Assembly: GCF_009914755.1 (NCBI RefSeq)
Contig: NC_060935.1
Strand: one strand, 5' to 3'
DNA length: 64,000 nt
DNA from: the human T2T-CHM13v2.0 reference genome, Homo sapiens
The translations under genes were made by a program, and so were the position numbers. The notes below the pieces were generated by a model. It was not told the origin of the DNA. It saw only the letters and a program-made list of their open reading frames with translations, and did not search any database. Below, in pieces: positions 1-15,170 of the stretch. Each line of letters opens with the position of its first letter. Position 1 is the first letter of the stretch.

Positions 1-95
1 TTTCAGTAGGAGCATTCATGTATAGCTTAAAGAAAACTTAAACATGAAATTCATTTAGCTCAACCACCATCCTGATATTTCTTTCCCTCATATAA

Positions 96-383
96 AAGTG
101 CTTCTCAAAGCAACAAGGCCAACTTATTTTCTCTATTTTTACAGACTGACGTTTTTGTAAAATATAAAAAAAGAGTTACTAAAAGAATAACTCAAAAAAA
201 CAAAGCTCTACAAAATGCAAGATCACATGTTTTATTATTAGACTCAAAAGACATAAAATTACTCTGTCAAATTGCTGTAAAATTTCTAAACATCTGCTCC
301 CATTTCTGTACTTACATATTTAGAGACTGATGCTAAGTTCACAGACTGGTCTGTGGTCCATACTCCTTTGATTAAAGCATCTC
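96..383. mobile_element. Degraded hAT-Charlie non-autonomous DNA transposon (Charlie4-like)
   Basis: Starts AGTGCTTCTCAAA. Internal AAAATTACTCTGTCAAATTGCTGTAAAATTTCTAAA and ends TGTGGTCCATACTCCTTTGA resemble recalled Charlie4-family sequence. Confidence 0.6.
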
Positions 384-1571
384 TAGACTATCTCTCTGAA
401 TGTATGTATTTTTTATTTGTTTTCCTTTTTAATGTCACACATGACCGTTACACAGATAACGTACTAATGACCACAAAAATCTGATTTTATACATCTATTT
501 GTTAGAAAACAAGCCTAATTTTTAGCATATTATTGATGTACTTTATCATTGACAGGGAAATCCCAGACAATGCAAAATAAGCCATGACATATATGAAAAT
601 TCTAGATATCACAAAGAAAGACATAAGCCCATTGGTATTTGAAGATTATATGGTCGTATATTTACAAAACACCAAATAATTTACTAACATTTTATAATTA
701 AGAGAAATATTAATATGTTGACCAGATTAAATAATAAAAATATTAATAGCATTCCTTTCCGTCAGCAAGAAGCAGTAAAAATACAATGTCAATTAAATTT
801 GCTGGTGTGTGTTTTCATTACATTGTATCTTGTTAGTTTTGGTCTGATGCTGTCTTTGGTGAAGATATTTTTGGATTTTAAATTAGTTATCCAACATACT
901 TCATATTTATAGCATTTAATTTGCTACATTGGTAAGTGTGTCACAACTTAATTCCAGTCACTGTACGTTCAAAAAGAAAAATTGAATAATCTAAGATGGA
1001 AACATTAGTTATCACGAAAATAGCACACTTAAAAATCCAGAGTCATATGACCAGTTTGTTAATGACTACACAGAGTTCTGTCTCCAGGGGTACCTATTTG
1101 CACCCCCAACCTCACCAATCTTCTCTTAAATGTAGACCTCCTGTTACAGGAAGGTGTAAGAACCTATGCCATCATACCTTCACTACCTGAGAAAGGATTC
1201 CATCTCATTCCCCATGAAGAGCAAAACTTTGTGAGAGCTGATCATATGATCATGGATTGTATTTGCCCTAAGGCCTCACTCATTCTGTTGTAGCAAGTGA
1301 GGTGCACTTAGATGTTAAGTATATCATATGCTCTGATATTGTTTTATATGCCAATAATAAAAATACATATAGAAAGAAAGTTATAGAATTGATCTTATGC
1401 ACTCTTTAGGGGGCATCAAAGATGATTGAAAATCACTCTTTTATGTTCTCCTTAGGTCACTGTCTCCTAGTAAGATAGAAATCCATTTCAGATTTCTAAG
1501 CAAATTTATTTTATAATATAACTCTCAAGGAGAAAAGTCCTGTGTCCCATAGGGTTTTGCTGTTGTTGTTT

Positions 1572-1785
1572 AAGCACTGGCTTTGGATTTAGGCCAAAAT
1601 TTGACTCAACGTCGATGTTTACTTTGCTAGATGTCCTACAGCAAGTTATTTAATCTCTCTGAGCTTTACCTCCCCTTGTTCTAAAAAATCACCTATCTCA
1701 TAGGGTGATTGTATTAATGAGATAAAGTATAGAAAGTCCCAGAACAACAAAAGACCTCCTAAGTGACCATTATTGTTATTATTAC
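1572..1785 (+). mobile_element. MIR SINE fragment
   Basis: MIR core GCAAGTTATTTAATCTCTCTGAGC, then ACCTATCTCATAGGG and an ATT-rich tail. Confidence 0.7.
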
Positions 1786-2482
1786 CTCATCCACCATTAT
1801 CATCTTTATTATCATGTCACCTCCGTATCTATAGTTCCATCCAGTTCCTCAACATCACAGGACAATCAGGGCTTTATGTTATGGCATCTCACTAGTGACA
1901 TGGCCTGTAATAAATCTCTTGTTTTTGCCAGCTTCCATTCCCTAAACTCTTAAAGAACGGTGTTAAAATCGGTTTGTTTGTATTGGACATTTTACTATAA
2001 AAATGAGATCCTCCATTTTACTGTTATTGTACATTTAGTAGTATTATGTGATGCAATTCATCTATGCACTTATGAATTAAAGGTCTTATTTTTTGATGCT
2101 TGCTCACCTGTCTAGGCAGTTGTGACCTGAAATTTGATAACTTCTGTACTAGTTAATTTCAAAGATTCATTTCAGGTTTCAAATCTTAATGCTATAGTTA
2201 CTCAAAATCAATCCCCGCTATATTAAATATATAAAAATAAACTTTATGATGTCCAGGAAATTGCATAATGCTTATTTAGAGTTAGCATTGATTACAATTT
2301 ATGTTTAGGATAAATCACGCTGGAGCCCCTTCTTCCATAGGTACAATAATAATTGCATTTATTATTATGGAAGAATAATAGCAAAAGCTGAAAAAATATT
2401 TTAATCTATTTGATAGCCAAATAAACCGGCATATTGTGAAGATTATTAAAACTACTGAAATCCTAGCATTCAAGAGGGGAGG

Positions 2483-2780
<298 letters not shown>

Positions 2781-4144
2781 TAGAGGAAAATAGCCAATGA
2801 TGCTTAAACTATATATATATATATACACACCCTCACATGTATACAGCTGTTCATTTGCTGTTTTGGAAATAATATATTTTAGACTTATAACAAAAAATAC
2901 CATTGAAAATAACACATTTAATTAAATGCATCTACTAGTGCCAAAATAATCCCAAACATTGGCTGCTTTTAGGGCTTTATTGTGAAAAGGATACTATATA
3001 GCAGTAGATAACTCTACTGGTATTTTTAATGTAACTTTTCTGAGAACTCCAGGTGAACTGAAAACTCTACCTTCTTTTAACATTTGAAACTTTCTCACTG
3101 AGTAGTAATTCTACAATTTGAAAATGTAAGTGAGAGAGAGAGGAATAGGTCCATGTGTTTTTATTTTCTTGTTTGCAAAGAGGTTTCAGATGGCTTTGGC
3201 TAATTGAAACAACTGTTGAAAATTTACTTGGCATTTTTAATTCTTTCTCAATATTTTCAACCCTGATGAAAATGTTTTGTCTCTCAGAATATCTTCTTCT
3301 GGGATCTGGCCATTCAGCTCATGAAAAATGTGCATTGAAAATTTCATCTGATTTATCCATTCATCCAAGCGGTTACCACCTGGAATCTGCTAATGCAAAT
3401 ATTCCTAGTCTTCCCACTTTTTCCTTATGCAAACTAGCTTGCCAATGAACATGAATTACTTTCTGTGTACTTGCTATGTGCATAAATTCTGCTCTATTAC
3501 TCTAAGGAGTTTGTTTATATATGATGAAAATACACATAGAATTATTATATATATGAAGACATGTTTTTATCTGTTGAAAATATGAGTTGTAGTAACTGAC
3601 CCAAACACCCACACACATAAGTATTTATATATAAATATATTCTGTACATATATAATATGTATATATTTCTCATTTTAAATTTTTGACCTTGGAAAGGTAG
3701 TAAGAATATAATGCCAGTAAAAACTGCTGAAAGTTATTCATCATGATAAGCCATCTCTTATAATTATTATAGAAGAATAAATCCCTCATCCCTAATTCCG
3801 TCAACAATTGTTTCCTTGATAATCAGAAAAAAAAATGTATTTCTTTAACATTCTAGGGAGGATTTAAGAATGATAATGAATTGTAATAGGACCAATTGAG
3901 TTAACTGTTCCCCCTAAAATAATATTTCCTGAAAAAAGAGACTCACAGAAGAGACCATCAACTTTGCTATATTTTCATGTAATATGTTTTTCAGCATTTT
4001 TATATTTTCCTGTTGTATATACAAGTGCAATACTGTCTCTAAATTTTGCCTGTTTTTTAGATATTTTCTACCAAAGTTTTTCTACTGTGTGTTCAACTTC
4101 CAGATAGAATATATTATTTGCTATAAGCATTCATCACCTATTTC

Positions 4145-4462
4145 CCTATTTCTTTTCTTTTCTTTTTTTGAGACAGATTCTCACTCTGTCGCCCAGGCTG
4201 GAGTGCAGTGGCACAATCTCGGCTTACTGCAACCTCCGCCTCAGCAATTCTCAGCAATTCTCAAGCAATTCTCCCGCCTCAGCCTCCAAGTAGCTGGGAT
4301 TACAGACACCCACCACCATGCCTGGCTAATTTTTGTATTTTTAGTAGAGATGGGGTTTCACCATGTTAGCCAGGCTGGTCTCGAACTGCTGACCTCAGGT
4401 GATCTGCCTGCCTCGGCGTTCCAAAGTGCTGGGATTACAGGCGTGAGCCACCGCGCCTGGCC
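4145..4462 (-). mobile_element. AluS (Sx/Sz-like) SINE
   Basis: Reverse-complement Alu. 12-bp TSD ATCACCTATTTC at 4133-4144 and 4463-4474. Confidence 0.95.
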
Positions 4463-6249
4463 ATCACCTATTTCAAACTTCTCTTAGCCTAGAGTTAAGA
4501 CATGACATCATTTAGGATGAAGTGAACTGGCCAAGAGGAAGAAAGCGATTGAATTTCCAAAGAAGGAGAGTCATTATTCTTGACTCTGTTATGTCTATTA
4601 GTCCTCTACAGATGGAAAGGATCCTTGTGGTTAACTGATCTTCAAAACTGTTAAACGCTAAGGCAGTGACTTACAGGGTCACTTACCAAGTGGAATGAAG
4701 AAAGGGTGGGCATATACCCGGTGCTGAAGAAGAATAAATCTATAGATGACATATATTCTTTAATTCCATAAAAAATAATTTCAATCCAGAATCACAACAT
4801 TTGAAACATCTAGAAAAATAAAGACTGACTCTTATATAATTGATGGACTAGGTAGAGAAATATCCTATGATATTTTAAAGAAGTATACTATAATTCATTT
4901 TTTCCCAATCTGATAGTCTCTATTTCAGAAAATGGAAATATTATTCTTTCAAAGATCTTACACAGAAACTAACTTGAATTTCCAGAGTGCCAAAAATCTA
5001 AGAGATATGTACTTGTGTAACTTCTATCGACTACCTAAAGTGCAGATAGGATCCATAACACTTCATGATAAAGTTATAGAGATAATATTACAGTGGCAAT
5101 AATCAACACAGTAGTATTAAGACAGCAAATCCTCCTATCAAAGAAAAACAGATATAAGCATAAATCAAAAGAAAAATGCACAGTGATATTGTGTTTCCAC
5201 TTATTACTCAGCAAATCTCCCAAACACCAGCCTTCATCCTACCAACATTATTTCTATGTCTTTATTTTACTACCAAGCATTTGATTGTATGATCTATTTC
5301 AACATCCCCTCCTTTAACTATGAAACTGATTTTTTAGTGCTCCTGCAAATCTGCATTAAAATAATGGAATAGAAAAAGCAGATTTTAGAGTTGTGACTAA
5401 TAAATTTTTACAATAAATGAAATAGCTGGAAAGGCAAATAACATAAAAATTGCAAAGAACATGGACTTGAAAATAGTAAACATCATCAGAGGTAACCTTA
5501 ATCCGTTTACCATCTGGTGATACATCACTGTTATGGTTTCCTTGAACTGGTAAAATAGGTTTTGATCAGCTGCTCTTTCTTCTTCTAGGCAAATCAAATT
5601 TGTATTCTCTTGAGCTGTCCATGTTTGACTTTAAGAAAAAAGATTTAGAGAGTTTAGAAAAGAATTCACGTTCAAATTCCAAGGGCTTATGAATAAAGAA
5701 CAGTAAAACAAAAGAAAAAAGATAAATTATGTTTTGTTAAGATTTGTTAATATTAGTTACTTTGTTCAACATTATATGCTCTGGGAACCAAATGGAATTT
5801 TTCACTTCTTCACTTTATTTTCCACTTATCAATCAACCTCTCTTGTTAATTATTAGAATTGATAAACAAAAAGTCTACAAACAACTTTCCCACTTTTACA
5901 GGAAGAAACATTTTTTGTTCACTTACACTGATTACATATGGAAGTTGTGTGAATTTAGAAAATATAAAAAGAAAGATTAATGATCAACATGGTTTTAAAG
6001 AATATCCACTGCATCTGCCATCTAATTATTTAAAACATTATTACTAAGTTTTTAGAAGTTCTATCATTAATTTTGAATTAAATGTGTCTAGTTTAAGATA
6101 AGGAAATGGAGTAATCTTCATTATTGCTAAGTCAAAATCTATATACCTGCTTGCTAAAACTCAAGATTCATGGTTCAGTTTATGTAGTTTCTTAGTCCCA
6201 ATCCTTGTCCTGCTGTGATAAGACTTTTCTTATGGCTTGTCATGGTCAG

Positions 6250-6640
6250 TGTTATGGACTGAATACGCATACCCCTTCTCTCCCCATACCAATTCATATG
6301 TTGAAGCCCTAACTCCCATTGCTGTTGCATTTGGAGATGAGGCCTCTAAAGGAAGTAATTCAGGTCACAAAGGTGGTGTCCTGAACTGACAAGGTTAGTG
6401 TCCTTATAAGAAAAGAGAGCAGAGTTCACTTTTTCTTTCTCTCAGCCTGCATTCAGGGAAAGGCTGCTTGAGGACACAGCAAGAAGGCATCCATCTGTAA
6501 GCCAGGGAGAGAGCCCTCACCAGAAACTGAATCTGCTGTCACTGTGATTATGGACTTCCAGCCTCCAGAAGTATGAGAAATAATGTTTATGTTACCCTGT
6601 CTGTGATATTTTCTTTTGACAGCCCTAATAGAATAATACA
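6250..6640 (+). mobile_element. MaLR solo LTR (MLT1A/MLT1B-like)
   Basis: TG...CA ends (TGTTATGGACTGAAT...AATACA). Typical GAGGACACAGCAAGAAGGC and GGACTTCCAGCCTCCAGAA motifs. Confidence 0.85.
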
Positions 6641-7315
6641 GCCTGGGAGGCAATAAAAATACTGGACATAATTAAGTTCTGAGAAAACGCATTTTTCTTT
6701 TTCAGTGTAAGCCAACCAAGATTGCTAAATAGAAGGCACATTCATAGGAAACACTGATTTGGCCATGTTAGTGGCTAGCTGCCAACAGTTAACTTAGGGC
6801 TTCCAGTAACCACACTCTAGTCTCTCATTTCTTGCTTGAGCAGGGTATAATACAATCATTTCATCTTCTCTTATTGGTACATGCCTGTTCCCACTCTATT
6901 TCCCTTCCCTAGCATTGAATATATGCTGTTGTCAAGTGATTAGCCATAATGTTTCTTGCACTTCAGGCTTGCATTATAAATCACGACAATTTCCTTATGC
7001 TTCACAGTGCAAGGTTATTACGCAGTTGGACTACAATAGTTGATGTTATTAATTCATTATCACTTACACCTGTTTGTCTTTAGGGGACAGTGAAAAATCC
7101 AATGTAGCACTCAGGTGCCAGATTTCCATGCTGGATTTTGAACACTACAACTCTATTCCAATTAGCTCAGCCCCATGCAGCTTCTGCCTCCTGCATCCCA
7201 ATGTGGATAGCCTCACATCCCAACTCTTAACATTCTTCAGAATGTCCTTATATATAGCAGAGAAGGCCCAGTGATCTTCAGTTCTTATCCTGCAGACTTT
7301 TTTGGATCAAATTTG

Positions 7316-7607
7316 TTTTTCTTATTTATTTTAAAATTGACAAATAATAATTGCATATATTTATTGTATACATGTTTTTAAATGTGTATACATTGTAGAA
7401 TGGTTACATTGAGCTAATTTACAAATGCATTACCTTACACACTTACTATTATTTTTATGGTGAGAACAGGTAAAATCTACTCTTTTAGCAAGTTTCAAAA
7501 CTATAATATATTATTATTAACTATGGTCACTGTATTGTCAAACAGATCTAGGATTTATTATTTTTATCTAACTGAAATTTTGTATCATTTAACCAACATC
7601 TCTCCAA
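7316..7607 (-). mobile_element. L1MA-type 3' end fragment
   Basis: TTGACAAATAATAATTGCATATATTT, GGTGAGAACA and TCTAACTGAAATTTTGTA match an antisense L1MA 3' UTR. Confidence 0.8.
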
Positions 7608-7674
7608 TTAACTCCATAATTGATCAAAATTTTTATTGTGCTACTTACCCTATAATCTAAGGTTAATAGTAGAA

Positions 7675-8038
7675 CCGTGGTTCTCAAGTGGGTCCTAGAT
7701 CATAAACATTACAATCACCTGGTAAATTGTCAGAAATCCACCATCTTGTGTCCCACCTAAACAACTGATTCTACAACTCTGTGGTGTTTTCATTCACCAA
7801 GCTCCAAACACTCTTTTTGTAGAATTTGCAAAGTGACACTTCTTACCCATTAGAGCAGGGTATAATACAGCACTGTGAGCACAGAACGAAACCTGTGTTT
7901 TCATTCAGCCTGTTCCAAACATCTTTTGTAGAATTTGAGAAGTGACATTTCTGAGCCTATTGAGATTCTAATCTCTATTGAAATTCTAATCTATACTGAA
8001 TTTTCATTCTAATCTATATTGAAATTTGAGAACCACTT
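7675..8038 (+). mobile_element. MER5A-like hAT-Charlie MITE, interrupted by foreign sequence
   Basis: Left end CCGTGGTTCTCAAGTGGGTCC...ATCACCTGG and right end TTTGAGAACCACT (terminal inverted repeats). Middle part replaced. Confidence 0.8.
7784..7964. repeat. Alpha-satellite-like fragment (two partial, diverged monomers, 111-bp spacing)
   Basis: CCAAACACTCTTTTTGTAGAATTTGCAAAGTG and CACAGAACGAAACCTGTGTTTTCATTCAGC...TTTTGTAGAATTTGAGAAGTGACATTTCTGAGCCTATTGAG match the alphoid AAACACTCTTTTTGTAGAATCTGCAAG block. Confidence 0.75.
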
Positions 8039-9065
8039 GCCTGGTGACGAACTGACCCCTGGATAGTGCAATAGCCACATTGGATGACTGTTTCCTCTAT
8101 TTACTCCCATTAAGGGGCCAAGCAGCCATTCTAGTCTACTATTATTATTCTCATTTTCATTTGATATCTGGACTTACTCTCAGTCCTTTAATACCAGCAA
8201 TTAGGACGAGACCAACCCTATGTACTAGGTAGTTGACTGGGAACTCCTCGCAGGCATCTGAAAATTCCCGTCTTAGAATTATTCTTTCATTTCCTATAGT
8301 TTTTACTTCCCAATGGGCTGACATTCCCTACTAGCATCCCTTTTTCATCTCACCTGAGCCATCATTATCAACAATTTTCAAAACACCCAAGTTAACTAAT
8401 CAATGTCTCAAGTTTGGATTTTCTCTCTCTTTCTCACTCTCTCTGATGAAATACGATATTTCTAACCAATTGAAGGGCAGAGAGCTTTCTCTATTCTCTA
8501 TCTTCCTTTCTCTAAAGTAGTAAAACTAAGGAATCTGTTATCTTAACATTGGTAAGGATACAAAGCAACTATGTTCAAAACAAGTTTATGCAGATTCCTA
8601 AACCATTTATTCCATAATAGTTACCTGCTAAGCAGTATGCTCAAAATTTTAGAAATATTTATCTCACTTAAACATTGGTGTTCATATAGTAACAACTTGA
8701 AATTGTTACATTTTCAATTGCAAATATTGGTTAAATATTAGTGTCTTCATATGGTTCAAAATATTATTTGTTTATCTCTCACTGATAGTTCAGACAACAG
8801 TGGTTAGAGAGTATGAGGAGTTTTATATAAGGAGCTTTACATGGCTAGTAGAAGTGAATAAACAGCAGAATAAACTTTTTGGAGCCATATTTTTTGGAAC
8901 TCTAACTTTGAAAGATGCAGATAAATTCTGAGACATTATTGGTGCTCTAGTCACTTATTTTTGATTCTATGAGCAGGTAGCCTTGAATTTTACAAACAGA
9001 TTAAAATGGCCCTTGGAAAATAAATATGGGATGTGTAGATGGTTGTACCTTTAAAAATACAGCAA

Positions 9066-9178
9066 TTGAACTAGTTTACAGTCATGTTGGCACATGTATA
9101 CGTATGTAACTAACCTGCACGTTGTGCACATGTACCCTTAAACTTAAAGTATAATAAAAAAAAAAAATACAAAATAAA
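9066..9178 (+). mobile_element. Very short 5'-truncated, 5'-inverted young L1PA (PA3-PA5-like) insertion
   Basis: L1 3' end GGCACATGTATACGTATGTAACTAACCTGCAC...AAAGTATAATAAAAA, preceded by antisense L1 TTGAACTAGTTTACAGTC. ~18-bp TSD at 9053-9070 and 9179-9196. Confidence 0.85.
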
Positions 9179-9261
9179 AAAAATACAGCGGTTGAATCAG
9201 TGCTATTTATTTGTTAAATCTTAATTATTTGCTCTAAACCAAAAATAGTAATGTTATTTCC

Positions 9262-9560
9262 AATGCCAGTGGTTACTGGAATGGGAATATGACCTAATTT
9301 GGCTAGTAAGTCAAAATGAAATTATCTGCTAGGTATTTTTCCACATTCTTAAGAAAGAGACAGAAAATGAAATGGGCCCTTCTCTTTCCTTTGGACATTG
9401 AAAGATACAGAGGTGCTGTAGACCTCTTGCTAGTGATATGACTGTAAAAGATATCCAAAAAGAATACAGATTATATGGGTGTGAAAAGCCTGGATCTTGG
9501 TATGATTGAACTATTAGATCAACTAATCTTGAGGCCAGACCTGTATCTAGAGTTTTAGTG
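9262..9560 (+). mobile_element. Old MaLR LTR fragment (MLT1J/K-like)
   Basis: ATATGACCTAATTTGGC and CCTGGATCTTGGTATGATTGAACTATTAGATCAAC resemble old MLT1 LTRs. Confidence 0.5.
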
Positions 9561-9714
9561 CTTTTTGTTTTTGTTTTGTTTAGGAATCATTACTTTCTCA
9601 TTTATTACTAAACTCCAAATAATAATTCGACAAGTAATTGGTGTAATGTGTCTGCATCCTTTATAGGTAACTAAAATGTTTCCAAAAGGCCATTTTACAA
9701 CAATGAAAGAAACA

Positions 9715-10035
9715 ACAATGCATCGCATACTTGAAGATTGCTAAGAGAGAAGATTTTAAGTGTTCTTACCACACACAAAAAATGATAAGGATATGTGATA
9801 ATGTATGTGTCAATTACTTTGACTAAGCCATTCCACAATGTACACATACTTTCTTTTTGTCCTTTTTTTTAATTTTTCTTAATCAAAAGAAAGCTAGGGT
9901 TTCTTTTGTTTTCTTTAAAAATGTATACATATTTTAAAACATCATGCTGTTTAGTTTTCTTTAAAAATGTGTACATATTTTAAAACGTCATGTTGTACAA
10001 CATAAATATATACAATTTTAATTTGTTAATTTTTT
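9715..10035 (+). mobile_element. L1MA-type 3' end with internal T-rich insert and 46-bp duplication
   Basis: TTGCTAAGAGAGAAGATTTTAAGTGTTCTTACCAC, AGCCATTCCACAATGTA and AAACGTCATGTTGTAC. Confidence 0.8.
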
Positions 10036-10289
10036 CATAATCTCTTTTTTCTTTTATTTTTGTTGTTTCTTATTTTTTTCTTTTTATTATACCTTAAGTT
10101 CTGACATACATGTGCAGAATGTGCAGGTTTGTTACATAGGTATGCATGTGCCATGGTGGTTTGCTGCATCCATCAGCCTGTCATCTACATTAGGTATTTC
10201 ATCTAACATTATCCCTCCCCTTGCCACCTACATGTCGACAGGCCCCAGTGTGTGATGCTCCCCTCCCAGTGCCCATATGTCCTCATTGT

Positions 10290-14091
<3,802 letters not shown>

Positions 14092-14154
14092 TATGATGCT
14101 AGCTGGTTATTTTGCCCGTTAGTTGATGCAATTTCTTCATAGTGTCAATGGTCT

Positions 14155-15170
14155 TTACATTTTGGTTTCTTTTTGCAGTGGCTTGTGCCAGGTTTTCCTT
14201 TCCACATTTAGTGCTTCCTTCAGGAGCTCTTGTAAGGCAGGCCTGGTGGTGACAAAATCCCTCAGCATTTGCTTTTCTGTAAAGGATTTTATTTCCCCTT
14301 CACTTATGAAGCTTAGTTTGGGTGGATATGAAATTCTACTTTGAGAATTCTTTTCTTTAAGAATGTTGAATATTGGCCCCCACTCTCTTCTGGCTTGCAG
14401 GGTTTCTGCAGAGAGATCCCCTGTTAGTCTGATGGGCTTCTTTTTGTGGGTAACCTTTCTCTCTGGCTGCCCTTAACATTTTTTTTCCCTTCATTTCAAC
14501 CTTGGTTAATCTGACGATTATATTTCTTGGGGTTGCTCTTCTCGAGGAGTATCTTTGTGGTGTTCTCTGTATTCCCAGAATTTGAATGTTGGCCTGTCTT
14601 GCTAGGTTGGGGAAGTTCTGGATAATATCCTTAATTGTGTTTTCCAACTTGATTCCATTCTCCCTGTCACTTTCAGGTATACCAATCAAACATAGGTTTG
14701 ATCATTTTACATAATCCCATATTTCTTGGAGGCTTTGTTCTTTTCATTTTTTCTCTAATCTTTTCTTCACACTTTATTTCAATAAGTTGATTTTCAATCT
14801 CTGATAGCCTTTCTTCTGCTTGATCCATTTGGCTGTTGATATTTCTGTATGCTTCATGAAGTTCTTGTGCTGTATTTTTCAGCTCCATCAGGTCATTTAT
14901 GTTCTTCTCTAAACTGGTTATTCTAGTTAGAAATTCCTCTAACCTTTTATCAAGGTTCTTAGCTTCCTTGCATTGGGTTAGAACATGCTCCTTTAGCTCA
15001 GAAGAGTTTGTTATTACCCACATTCTGAAGCCTATTTCTGTCAATTCATCAAACTCATTCTCCATCCAGTTTTTTTTTCCCTTGCTGGTGAGGAGTTGTG
15101 ATCCTTTGGAGGAGAAGGGGCATTTCTGGTTTTTGGAATTTTCAGCCTTTTTGTGCTGGTTTTTCCTCAT
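14155..15170 (-). pseudogene. L1 ORF1 remnant, frameshifted
   Basis: MRKNQHKKAENSKNQ start, coiled-coil LTRITSLEKNINDLMELKNTAQELHE, and NFPNLARQANIQI...QRTPQRYSSRRATPR. Confidence 0.92.

Noticed and set aside
3984-4487. 167-aa ORF, and similar ORFs at 2530, 22627, 23317, 24772, 29092, 55830, 56842 and 63005
   Set aside because: Alu-derived translations (e.g. [21 protein letters not shown]), not genes.
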